Shown one piece after another: positions 48,618 through 64,000 of a stretch of DNA of 64,000 bases (the stretch's first letter is position 1; each line of letters starts with the position of its first letter). The DNA comes from the human T2T-CHM13v2.0 reference genome, Homo sapiens. A program made the position numbers and the translations under genes. The notes beneath the pieces were generated by a model. The model saw nothing but the letters and a program-made list of their open reading frames with translations. It did not search any database and had not been told where the DNA came from. The stretch is from assembly GCF_009914755.1 (NCBI RefSeq), contig NC_060932.1; one strand, written 5' to 3'.

Positions 48618-48840
48618 CCTATCTATCTGTTTACCCATCTAACTATCTCTATAATGGAGATATATCTCCATTGGAATAGCAATCAAAGGACACATCTGGT
48701 CAGCAGGGTTATTAAATGACACAGTTACTTCCCGGTGTGGTGGGTTGGAAGAACCTGGAAGAAGGCAGAGTAGGTCACACACCTGTTGTCATCTCCCTAA
48801 TGCTGAAGGGAAGTTTAGAGTGCCCCCTTCCGTCACCTAA

Positions 48841-49185
<345 letters not shown>

Positions 49186-49559
49186 TGTGCTTAAATCTTT
49201 TACCAGATTGTCAGCTCCTTAAAAACAGGGACTTGTTAGTTATATTTCCAACCTGTAGTTGGGTGCTTGGATCATAATAGGAGCGTAATAGATATTGTAA
49301 ATGAATGAGTTTTGGCCTGACTTTGAAATGGAGGAGGTTACCTTTTTCTTTGAAATGCTATGGTCAGACAGCGTTTAGGGGTGCTTCTTCACAGAGAAGT
49401 GTCCTCCCCTAGAAGACCAAGTGTGTCCAGGGTGTGCACAAGAGGGGAGGAGGAGTGGATGGGCTGCTTTGCTCAGTCTGCTCTGGGTTTTAGGAGAGAA
49501 GGAGCCCTCCCGGAAGAAGGGGCTAATTTGTCCTGAAGCTGACCAGAGGCTGAAGCTCC

Positions 49560-50380
49560 AATTCAGTGTTCTCAGCCGTCACTGAACCTTAAATCTACTG
49601 GGAGTATTAAAAAAAAAAAAAACCAACCAGGATCCCACCCCAGGCTAATTCAATGAGAACCTGGGGCAGGTGATACTCAAGGGAATGAGGGCTTAAAAAA
49701 ATCTCTAATATGCAGTCAGAATTGGGGGCTGTGGCTCCAGTTCAGTGGCTCTCAGCTTGTTGATATGTGAGAATCACATGTTAAAAATATGTATTAATAG
49801 ATACTATCCCCTACATCCAGAGGTGGGATTTAGGGGGTCCAGGTGGGGTTCACACTTCTGTATTGACACATTTTGAAGACCATCAGGATTAAGACAACAC
49901 TTTGGCTCAGGATTTCACCTTTCAACGAGCAATCTAGGAAGCTTGTTAAGAACATAGATTCCTGGGTTTGCCCTAAATTTACTGAATCAGACTCCTGAAG
50001 AGAGGAGCATGGGAATTTGTAGTTTTAAAAGTGTGATTCTCATGATAAGGGAAACATTACTAGCTTGTGTTTCTTAAGTATTATCCCCAGACCAGCAGCA
50101 TTGGCAGCACCTGGGAATCAGAAACTCTGGGGTGGGACCCAGCAGTCAGCTATCAAACAAGCCCTGCAGATGATTCCGATGCCCACTCCAGCTGGAGAAC
50201 CGCTGCTCTAGTTCTCTATTTTTTCAAGGTATGGGCCTCAGACCAACAGCACTGGCACCACCTGGGAGCTTGTTAAAAATGCAGACTCCTGGCCTCACCC
50301 CAGACCCAAGAGGTTAGAATCTACATTTTAAGAGGATCCCCAGGTGATCTGTATGCACACTAAAGTTTGAGAAGCCCTGC
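49560..50380. mobile_element. Cluster of MER5A/MER5B-like hAT elements
   Basis: Repeated cagaccagcagcattggc...acctggga...gaatcagaaactctgggg motifs in several adjacent copies. Confidence 0.72.
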
Positions 50381-50609
50381 TTATACCCCAAATAAGTACC
50401 ACTTTGCTGTGAAAATCATCAAGTGTAAGCTCCTTTAAGAAGAAGCAAAATCTAAAATCGATGTTTCCCTTTAAGAACAGAAGTGGCTTTAATTCTAGAG
50501 AAACTGAAGCAAATCACTTGGAACTATTGGAACTATACTACTAAAGCAAATCCCTGCGTTGTGTTATTAATTCAACTGAAGTGAAGGATTCAAATACAAT
50601 GAGATGTAA

Positions 50610-51492
<883 letters not shown>

Positions 51493-51696
51493 GTGTCTAT
51501 ACACATACACACATATACATCCATATGTTTATAAAACATTTTTGAATGTTCTAGAAAGTCATAAAATATGCCTATTATCAGAGCTAGTGATAATTCGTAA
51601 AGTTCATCTATTATTACTCATTCTAAATGGGCTTTTCCTCTGTTTTATTTTCCCTTTCATTTCCCACCTTGCATTAAACTTAAGTTCAGACAGTAT

Positions 51697-52118
<422 letters not shown>

Positions 52119-52423
52119 TTAAAACACACACAGTGAATCTTATTTTAAACATTGCCCCTGAGGTTTAAGTAAACTTGGCCTAATCCCACAGTTAAAGGCT
52201 TGAAGCAGTCAGAAGTTATTTTTACTCTCTTTTCAAATTATCAGCCTACCTTCCTCACTCTTTATTGACCTTGGCTTTTGTGTCCATAAGGGCCATTTAG
52301 GTAAGGCCCTTGCTATACAAAATGACAACTCCAGACCAGGCAAAAAAAAAAAAAAAAAAAAAAAAGAGAGAGACAGCTGTGCTGGAGATAGACGCCAATT
52401 AATTTTGAGGCTTTTTTCTTTAG

Positions 52424-52749
<326 letters not shown>

Positions 52750-53786
52750 TGATTTCTGTATGATAGTATAAAGGTCATTTGTGTAGGCAAGATTCTGAAG
52801 ATATTGTGGTTTTGCACAGCCCAAAGAGAGAAAAAGGGGTTAATTTATAAGAGAATTTCTAGGTGTGGCCCCGGATAGCTCCTTGGATTTTTGCTTGCAT
52901 ATGTCTTAGTTGTGTCTTAGCTGTGCTTAGCTAAGGGATTTAGCTATGCACATGAGTCACTTTAGACCTCCACCGAGGTTGAAATTACTGGGTACCAAAA
53001 GTCATGCAAACACTCTGGATATGACAGTGATTCCAGAGATACATTTGGCCACTGTTTGTTTAGGTGGATGATGGTGTCGGGTGGGACTCTCACCTGTGGC
53101 AGAATCTCATCCAATTTAAGGAGAAATGAGGCTTTGATGGAAGGTATCACAGAACTGCTGTGCTGCGAGACTGAGGGCAGCTGCAGACACTTGGGGACGG
53201 CTCCTGCATCCCAGGATTGGCTTATCCCTGATCATTCTCTCAGGCTCCTCCATAAAGTGAGATGGCTGCTGACCAAGCTGAGGTTACCTGAGTATAGCTT
53301 AAGATCAAAGAGGGAACAGGATTTCTTATTGGCTCCAGAAGAAACATCTCCCTAGTTGAGTCACAAGCTCATCCCTAGACCATCACAGCAGGCAGGAAGA
53401 AGGTTCCGCCAGGATTCCAGTCCAGGTCAGTTACCTTGCATGAATTTGTTCCTAGAAAAAGTGGGGACAAAGTTGGGCTGGGCAGATGTAAAACAAAAGC
53501 TAGTAGAGTTTAAGAATTCACTTGTTCATGGATTTTAATCGCTGTCTTGGCAGTCTCCTTCTTCTATGAGGAAGTTTCTTACCCTTCTATAAGAGGTTTT
53601 CAGTTTTTTGTAGTATGCCACCAAGGCAGCCATTTTTGCTTATGGCTGATTTTTCATGCTTCATCTTGTATTTATTTCTTTTCCTTGGGGAACTCTTGCT
53701 GTTATAGCAAAGTGTTCTATTTGGTAAGTATTGGGGTTATGTTTGGTTGTGGTGTAATAATTATCTGGCATATGGTATAATAATTA

Positions 53787-54090
<304 letters not shown>

Positions 54091-54207
54091 TTATAATAAT
54101 TATTTTTAATGGCTTCGTTGAGTAAGTAGATGTTCTTGTACCAATCTCTTGGACACTTAAATTATTTCTAATTTACTCTCTTCCAAATGTGGCAAGATGG
54201 GATTTTC

Positions 54208-55487
54208 TTTTTTTTTTTTTTTTTTTGTCCAATTGGAACCTTTTATTCTGTTTTGTTGATGCTTAAGGAAAACAGCTTTGCCCATAACTCACTGTGGCCT
54301 GGAGTTATGACACCAACTTGTACTTGGCCAATTAAGAAAGAGACCAAGCTGCATTCTTGTTAGAATGTCTATTCAGTTGATAAATGGCACTTAACTGATT
54401 TTTTTTGCATATAATCTTTAACAAGAACTCATAAGTTGCATTGATTATGCCCCAAGAAATAAGGGACCGATGGTAATTCAGATAGGCACCTCTGAAAAGA
54501 TTTATCAGTTTTCTGTCCCATTCCAGCCAGACTTTTTGGAAAACCTGGGGGAAAGACTGAAATTCCCCACCAATCTGAGACCATATGTGAGTTTTTACAA
54601 CATTAATTGGAAAAAACAAGAATCCCAACATGGCACCCAATAGACCTCCACAGATAAAATCATTGACCAAATGAGCACTGTGAGTCATTTCGGTAGGCAG
54701 ATGCTCCTTAATGGGACCTCGAAGGCCGAAAAACAAGACATTGCTGAGTCCATTCCAGAAAAGAATGGGCACCAAGCCTCAATAATACTCTCCAATTCTG
54801 TGACATTTCAGTGCCTTGAAAGCCTGATACGTGTTGGTAAATGTGTCATGATGCTTGTGGTCTTGAAGCAATGTCTGAACTCTTTCCAGAGGAGTGAAAA
54901 TTGCTTCTGTTGTCCCTGAAAGCACTGCCGCCACACCACGGGCTGCAAACTCTGGAGCACTGACATGCTTGTGGAGAAGGTAGGATAAATCCTTATAGAG
55001 ACCAAACATAAGTGCAAGTGTAGTTGTCTTCTGCATCAATGGGGGAAGGATTCCACGATACAAGTTTTGAAATCCAACCCTTCTCAACTGAAGTATTGCA
55101 TCACGAGTTTTGATGCTATACAGCTGTTGTCAAAAGAGGACCTTCTGAATGGGAAATGTGATTGTGATGTTGTTGAAGGCTGCACAGCAGCCACACAAAT
55201 AATGCTTCATTTCACCAACATTTGTAATATGAGGTGATATATCTTGTTTTGAAGATATTAGTATTGGCAGCCTCTTTTCATGAGCTTCTGAATCCATCAT
55301 GTTGCTTAAGATCTTTCTTTTTCATGAAGGACTTTTTAAAACCTGTAACATCATCTGAGCCTGGAGTTTGGCAGGATGATAGCTTTTTGATAATGTTCCC
55401 AATTTCTTCCATTGTTATTGTTCATTAGGTTCTCTCTTCTCGAGTCAGTTTTGATCACTGGATTTCCGTTCTCCAGGCATCCATTTC
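54208..55487 (-). pseudogene. SLC25A51P3: Processed pseudogene of SLC25A51 (MCART1, mitochondrial NAD+ carrier); CDS-equivalent 55300-54407
   Basis: Minus strand [44 protein letters not shown]...[22 protein letters not shown]...[11 protein letters not shown]. In-frame TGA at 55132-55130 and 54781-54779. Poly(A) as T-tract 54208-54226; TSD caagatg(g/a)gattttcttt at 54193-54210 and 55488-55505. The number is recalled from memory. Confidence 0.94.
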
Positions 55488-55914
55488 CAAGATGAGATTT
55501 TCTTTTACCTTCACACCCATTTTTTTCTTTCCCTTTTCACCTTCTGTGAGAGAAGATATTTTATAGACAGAATGAAAAGAACTGTTAGTAGAATAAAAAT
55601 TTGCTATGAGAGGTAGTCGATGTCAGAAAGAGAAAGGCTTGTTTTTCTGGTAGTTGTTCTCCTCTGAAGAATCTCAAAGGCGAATGCTTCCCCCATGAAG
55701 CATGGTAAGGACCTGCTACTTCTGTCAGGTTGGAGATGCTTTCACTTTATGGGTGATGCAAGAAGAAACATGTACTCTGGAGGAAAGGAAGAGGAAATAT
55801 TTTTTTAAAAGACAAAGACGGAGGGAAAATGTAGAAAAAAAATTTTTGGAAACGTATTCATGGAAGAATCTGGATGGACAGTGAGGGTTTTATGGTTTCA
55901 CAAAATAGAAACTA

Positions 55915-56572
<658 letters not shown>

Positions 56573-57404
56573 ATATGGGTAGGTCACAGGATTTAAAAAT
56601 AAATGCATGAACTAGACTTAGAGCAGAAACAGAGAAGTTTCAGAGCTCCAGGGGGAAGGAACTAATGGCCATTCTCCAGCATTAGGCCCTCAGGATAAAT
56701 TAGCCTCAGTCTCTGGTTTAGCTAGGCTTGGCCAGGGGAGGTCAGGGTTCTTGGACAGTCACTTGTAGCCTGTGTACAATGGCAGAGGGGTAATTGCTCA
56801 AAGCAAACTCAAGGTATTGTCACCAGAAGAAAGGGGAATGAATGCTGGCCAGGTAAAAGCAACAGTTGCCCTCTACAATGTCTGGATGAAAACTGAGGTA
56901 ATATGTTCACCATCTTCTGGGGGCCATTTGCCTTTTTGATGGGCCAGTAATAGGATTGCTTTATTTCTTGTAATGCTATGCTTGAGTACAGGCAAAACTA
57001 TGGGATTGCATGAGTAATGTGGTAATGAAGATCATTTGCATTTCTTTTGTCTTCTTCTGAGTTATTTTCTGGGACAAAATTCTCAGGCATGGAATTATCA
57101 GGTCAAAGGGGATGATTATGTTTGTGGCTACACTACTTCAATTCTAAATGGAAAATAAATGACAGCAAAGATATTCAAAAGAGGGCAAGGAAAAATAAAA
57201 GTGTTGGGCCCTAATTTTGTCAACCATGTTTTGTAAAGGATACAATAAGACATATGGAATAATAGTTAAGGTTACGAGATAAAGGAGTAATATTATTAAA
57301 TAATATTTTGGGAGTGCCAGTCAAGGGAAAGATCTCAATCTTGATTGTTAGGTACTTTAGATTTTGAGCAACAGAGATACCCTCAGTTTACCTTAGTTGA
57401 TGAC

Positions 57405-57731
57405 CTTCCTTCCTTCCTCTTTCTCTCCCTTTTCTCTCTTTCTTTCTTTTGAGACAAGGTCTTGCTCTGTTGCCCAGGGTGGAATGCAGTGATGCGATGA
57501 CAGCTGACTGCAGCTTTGAACTCGGGGGCTCAATTTGTCCTCCCACCTCAGCCTCCTGAGTAGCTGGGTCTACAGGCACGTGCCACGATGTCCAGCTAAT
57601 TTTTATATTTTTTATAGAGATGAGGGCTCCCCATGTTGCTCAGGCTGGTCTCGAACTCCTGAGCTCAAGTGATCTTCCCACTTCAACCTCCCCAAATGCT
57701 GGGATTACAGGTATAAGCCATGGCCCCTGGC
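57405..57731 (-). mobile_element. AluJ
   Basis: Dimer with CT-rich tail. Confidence 0.88.
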
Positions 57732-57749
57732 TAGTAGTTTCTTTTTAAT

Positions 57750-59676
<1,927 letters not shown>

Positions 59677-59794
59677 CTCAGAGCCTTTGTCTTAAGAGAA
59701 GATCATTATAAAGCGTGGGTGAAGTCCAGCGGCCATTCGAAGGGCACGCTAGACTGCTGTGCAGTCAAAAAGACTTCAAGAGACCCAGACCTCT

Positions 59795-60124
59795 CTTTTT
59801 CTTTTTTTATTTTTCTTTCTTTCTTTCTTTCTTTCTTTTTTTCTTTTTTTTTTTTTTTTTTTGAAAAAAGGTCTCACTCTGTCACCCAGGCTGAAGTGCA
59901 GTGGCACTATCTCAATCTGGGCTCAAGCAATCCTCCCACCTCAGTCCCCTGTAGCTGGGACTACAGGTGTGCACCACCACACCCAGGTAACTTTTCTCTA
60001 TTTTTTGTAGAGACAAGGTTTTGCTATGTCTCTCAGGCTGATCTTGAACTCCTGGTCTCGAGTGATCTGCCTGCCTCGGCCTCCCAAAGTGCTTAATTAC
60101 GGGCATGAGCCACTGTGCCAGGCC
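59795..60124 (-). mobile_element. AluJ
   Basis: Dimer with internal deletion and (TTTC)n tail. Confidence 0.87.
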
Positions 60125-60297
60125 AAGAGCTAGAATTCTTCAGCACTACATAATTTTTACGTTGGCCTCTTGGAGACCATTTTGTCCTTGAGGAAACCAG
60201 GGCCTAAGCAGGTTGCTCACGCAATACATCTTTGGTTTTACCTGTAACAGCACAGACTTCCAGAAAAGTGTTCTGTTACTTGCTGTGATGTCTTATC

Positions 60298-60574
60298 TTT
60301 CTTTATTTTTATTTTTTGAGATGGAGTCTCATGAATGCAATCTCAGCTCACTGCAACCTCTGCCTCCCCGGTTCAAGCGATTTTCCTGTCTCAGCCTCTG
60401 AGTAGCTGGGACTACAGGTGCCTGCCACCATACCCAGCTGATTTCTGTATTTTTAGTAGAGATGCGGTTTCTCCATGTTGGTCAGGCTGGTCTCGAACTC
60501 CTGATCTCAGGTGATCCACCTGCCTCGGCCTCCCAAAGTGCTGGGATTACAGGCCTGAGCCACCGCGCCCAGCC
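60298..60574 (-). mobile_element. AluS
   Basis: Dimer with small deletion near the 3' end. Confidence 0.88.
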
Positions 60575-61428
60575 TGATGCCTTTATCTTAAATCCGTAAA
60601 CTTGTTTCAGTTGGCAAGTTGAACCTCCCCCCTACTCGAGCCTTGATGGAAAATCGTTGATGAGGTCCCCTCTGTGACCCCCTGGAATAGACAGATTCAG
60701 AGATGGCTGTTCAGCCCGGCAGGGGAAGGCATTGAGAGGAAGTGCTGGACAGACTTCCCCACACGATTCCAGATGGCTTCTGTGACTTTCTCGAAACCAC
60801 AGAGGTGATAGGAGGCACACAGGGCTGGCAGCCTCTTTTCTGACTCTCTACTGCCAAAATCCATAGAATATCTTGTTGCAGCTCAGAACCAAAGAGTAGG
60901 CAATCACTGTCAATGTGGGTCCTGTTACAAGTGAGGGCAGAGACTCAGGTACAAGGCAGGCCTAGGCTACGGTATCTGCCCACCCTGGAGAGACTCAAGG
61001 TGTTTCAGGAAAACAGGAAGGACAAACAGATAAAGGGGGTGTTGTCTAGAAAACAAGTGGAAGAGAGAAATTTAAATTAAAGGACTGAAGCTTGTTAGTT
61101 TATAGCCTACATGAAAGACATTCAGAGGCTATGGCTGCCAGATAGCCAGAAACTAGAGTTTTACCTGTTAGTTAGTTTCACAAACAAACATTGTTTAGAA
61201 ATCATTAATACTTTTGCTGAAAAAGTACATATACATTGTAAAAATTTTAATTACACATTCCTATTACAACTCTTTAATCACAGTTCCCAAATCCTCAAAC
61301 TCTAAAAACTAAAGTTTGAAAAAAACTGCTATCTTAAAAAAGAAAATTTTAAAGTGTAGGTAAAGCACACATGTTATTTGGAGCTGCTGAAGGGATGTGC
61401 CAGGCTAATAATGCAGTGAAAGAGATGA

Positions 61429-61948
<520 letters not shown>

Positions 61949-63734
61949 TAACATTTTCCTTCCTGGCCCTCACTTTTGGCTTAAAGATGTTTCCACAGTC
62001 CCAGAATTGTGCCCCAAGATGGGAAGGGAACGGAATAAGTGCTTAATGGAATGCAGCAAAAAAAGAGCAAGGATAATTTGCCACGTTCTGGATCATTCCC
62101 CATATGCCTTCTTTTATGATTCCAGTTCTTTAGTCTTCACTTAGCATTCAGTGGAGAATTCCCGAGTAAGAAAAAGAATTCTTTCCCATCAAGAATTTTT
62201 TCCCATCCAGAAATAGTAAATCACTTTATATATTTATTATTAATGTAACCTCCATATCGCTTGCTGCGTGGGCTCGCTGCCTGCGCTTTCTGGGCTCCTG
62301 CCTCTTTGCACCTGGGAATTGTTACCTGCCTGAACCTTGAAGTATTCTTCCACACCTCACCCTCCTGTGACGATGCTCCCACAGAGCAGGCCAAGACATT
62401 AAAATAGTGGAATCTATAACATGGATATGAATGAACCTGTAAACAATACCTTGAATGAGATATTGCAAATAACACCTGTAGTACATTTCCTGGCATTCTA
62501 TTAAGACTCCAGAACTGCGCATCCTCATCATCACCATTACTGTAGTTATTATTGTTCTAATGCCCAGAAGAATCTCCAGGCAAATTTGTCATCTTCCCTT
62601 GTTCGTTGACCTCACTGGGTAAATGAACTGTGACTCTGGACTCATCCTGTGCTTTCTCATGCTTATTGCTTGGGCCTCAGCAAATGGGGCTCCCCCCCGC
62701 CCCATTCTCCCCAAACCTCACAGAGTGTGCTGATTTCCAGCATCTTTAGGTCTTACACTGAATTGCATTGTCATGCAGGTAACTGGCACACTCCCTCCCT
62801 GTGGGCTGATGATGTTATACAGCATGGACTTAGAAGTAAAAAACCTTTTCAGATTTATTCCAGAACAGCTATATTCCCTTTTCGTAGAGCATCATACTAT
62901 TATCTCTTTTTTCTCTCTTCCAAGAAAGCCCAATTTTCCCATCCCACAAGAGAAAAAGAATCCTAACTCTGAGAACACCCCCACGTGTTCCAAATGTGGC
63001 TGCTTTCTTGACTTTCCCAATAGCAAACTCAAAAAATTACACCTTTGTTCTCCTGGGATAATTTGTATAACCTATAAGTTATTTAGCCTTTTAACCCACA
63101 TAGACAGTCTTTATACATTTTATTTTTCATTATTATATTAATAAATAACCAATGTTTCTTAAAGATGAATTAGAAAATATATATGAGTTGCTGTAAATGA
63201 AAAAAAGAAAATTACATATAATCTCAACGGCCAGGAATTGCTATGTTAGCATAATAATGTATGGATTTCCATATTGTCTCATAGAGTCCAGTTCTTGGGA
63301 TGAAATTATTATGTGCATAACATTTTTTAACCTCAATTTAAAATTAAGTTTAACATATTTTGAAACTTTGCTTGTCAATAAATCAAATCTGATGGAATTC
63401 CAACATGGAGGTCCAGTCATGGCAGGAGAGGTGATATGATTAATAGCAAATAGTCTTACTGTTGATTCATCAGCATCCACACAGAATCTAAAAATTGACA
63501 AAACGTCGCTATAGCAGAGAAGCTGTGTTGAACAATTTAATTAAGAGTGCACACCACAATCTGTGATTATCTTCTTGTTTATTTTTTGCTATCTTGTTTC
63601 TTGTCTATCATTCCCTACTAGAACATAAGCACAACATCCAACACATAGCAGGTCCTCAATAAATATCGTCTAGTGAATGAATGAATGAATTATTGAATTC
63701 ATATTCTCTCTTGCTGTTCTATAACTAAGTGGAT

Positions 63735-64000
63735 TGTGGCAGGGAGAGAGAGTGCTCTCCAAGTCTCCATGGTCTCCCCTGCATTTCCCAGCATCTCTTG
63801 CAGAGAGGGTATAGCCACATGACAAGTTCTGGCCAATGAACTGTGAATGGGAGTAACCTGTGTCACTCCTAGGCTGTGGCAATTAAGAGCTAGTAATGCT
63901 TCCTGCCTCTCTTTCTTTCCTTGACTCATGACTCTGAAGGCCAGGTGTTTCAGTTGACATAGCTACAGAATGGAAGAAAGACATTTAAACCACAGCAGAC
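63735..64000. mobile_element. MLT1-family LTR (runs off window), next to an L2 3' end (63560-63695)
   Basis: ccacatgacaagttctggccaatgaa...gtgtcactcc motifs; tgaatgaatgaatgaa L2 tail. Confidence 0.68.

Noticed and set aside
48818-48838. CTCF-like motif on the minus strand (acggaagggggcact)
   Set aside because: Mismatches in the conserved 5' core; cannot be supported without a PWM scan or ChIP data
54332-55087. 147-aa and 102-aa carrier-like ORFs as separate genes
   Set aside because: Fragments of one SLC25A51 processed pseudogene split by nonsense codons
62175-62210. 17-bp tandem duplication aagaatt(c/t)tttcccatc; similar short duplications at ~52903-52930
   Set aside because: Ordinary slippage duplications with no sign of function

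Overview
Primate (human-like) intergenic DNA, dense in Alus, with no recognisable intact multi-exon protein-coding gene. It carries five retrocopies: a full-length RPSA copy that still has an open 295-codon frame (18.4-19.4 kb, +), U7 snRNA (20.2 kb, +), OCIAD2 (27.4-28.2 kb, -), U2 snRNA (45.2-45.4 kb, -) and SLC25A51 (54.2-55.5 kb, -). From memory, this order matches the RPSAP47/RNU7-174P/OCIAD2P1/RNU2-71P/SLC25A51P3 cluster between ZBTB10 and ZNF704 on human 8q21.13; this was not verified by a search. There is a strong orphan CpG island (37.6-38.8 kb), a smaller CpG-rich promoter-like patch (25.4-25.9 kb) and a triple-CCAAT patch (2.7-3.0 kb), plus ~40 Alus, old L1/L2/MIR, MaLR/ERVL LTRs, hAT MER elements and microsatellites. 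Nearly all short ORFs in the track derive from Alus or low-complexity sequence. I found no convincing novel biological system. The best leads are the orphan promoters with candidate non-coding exons, the intact RPSA retro-ORF carrying R180W, and several unusual insertion/repair scars.
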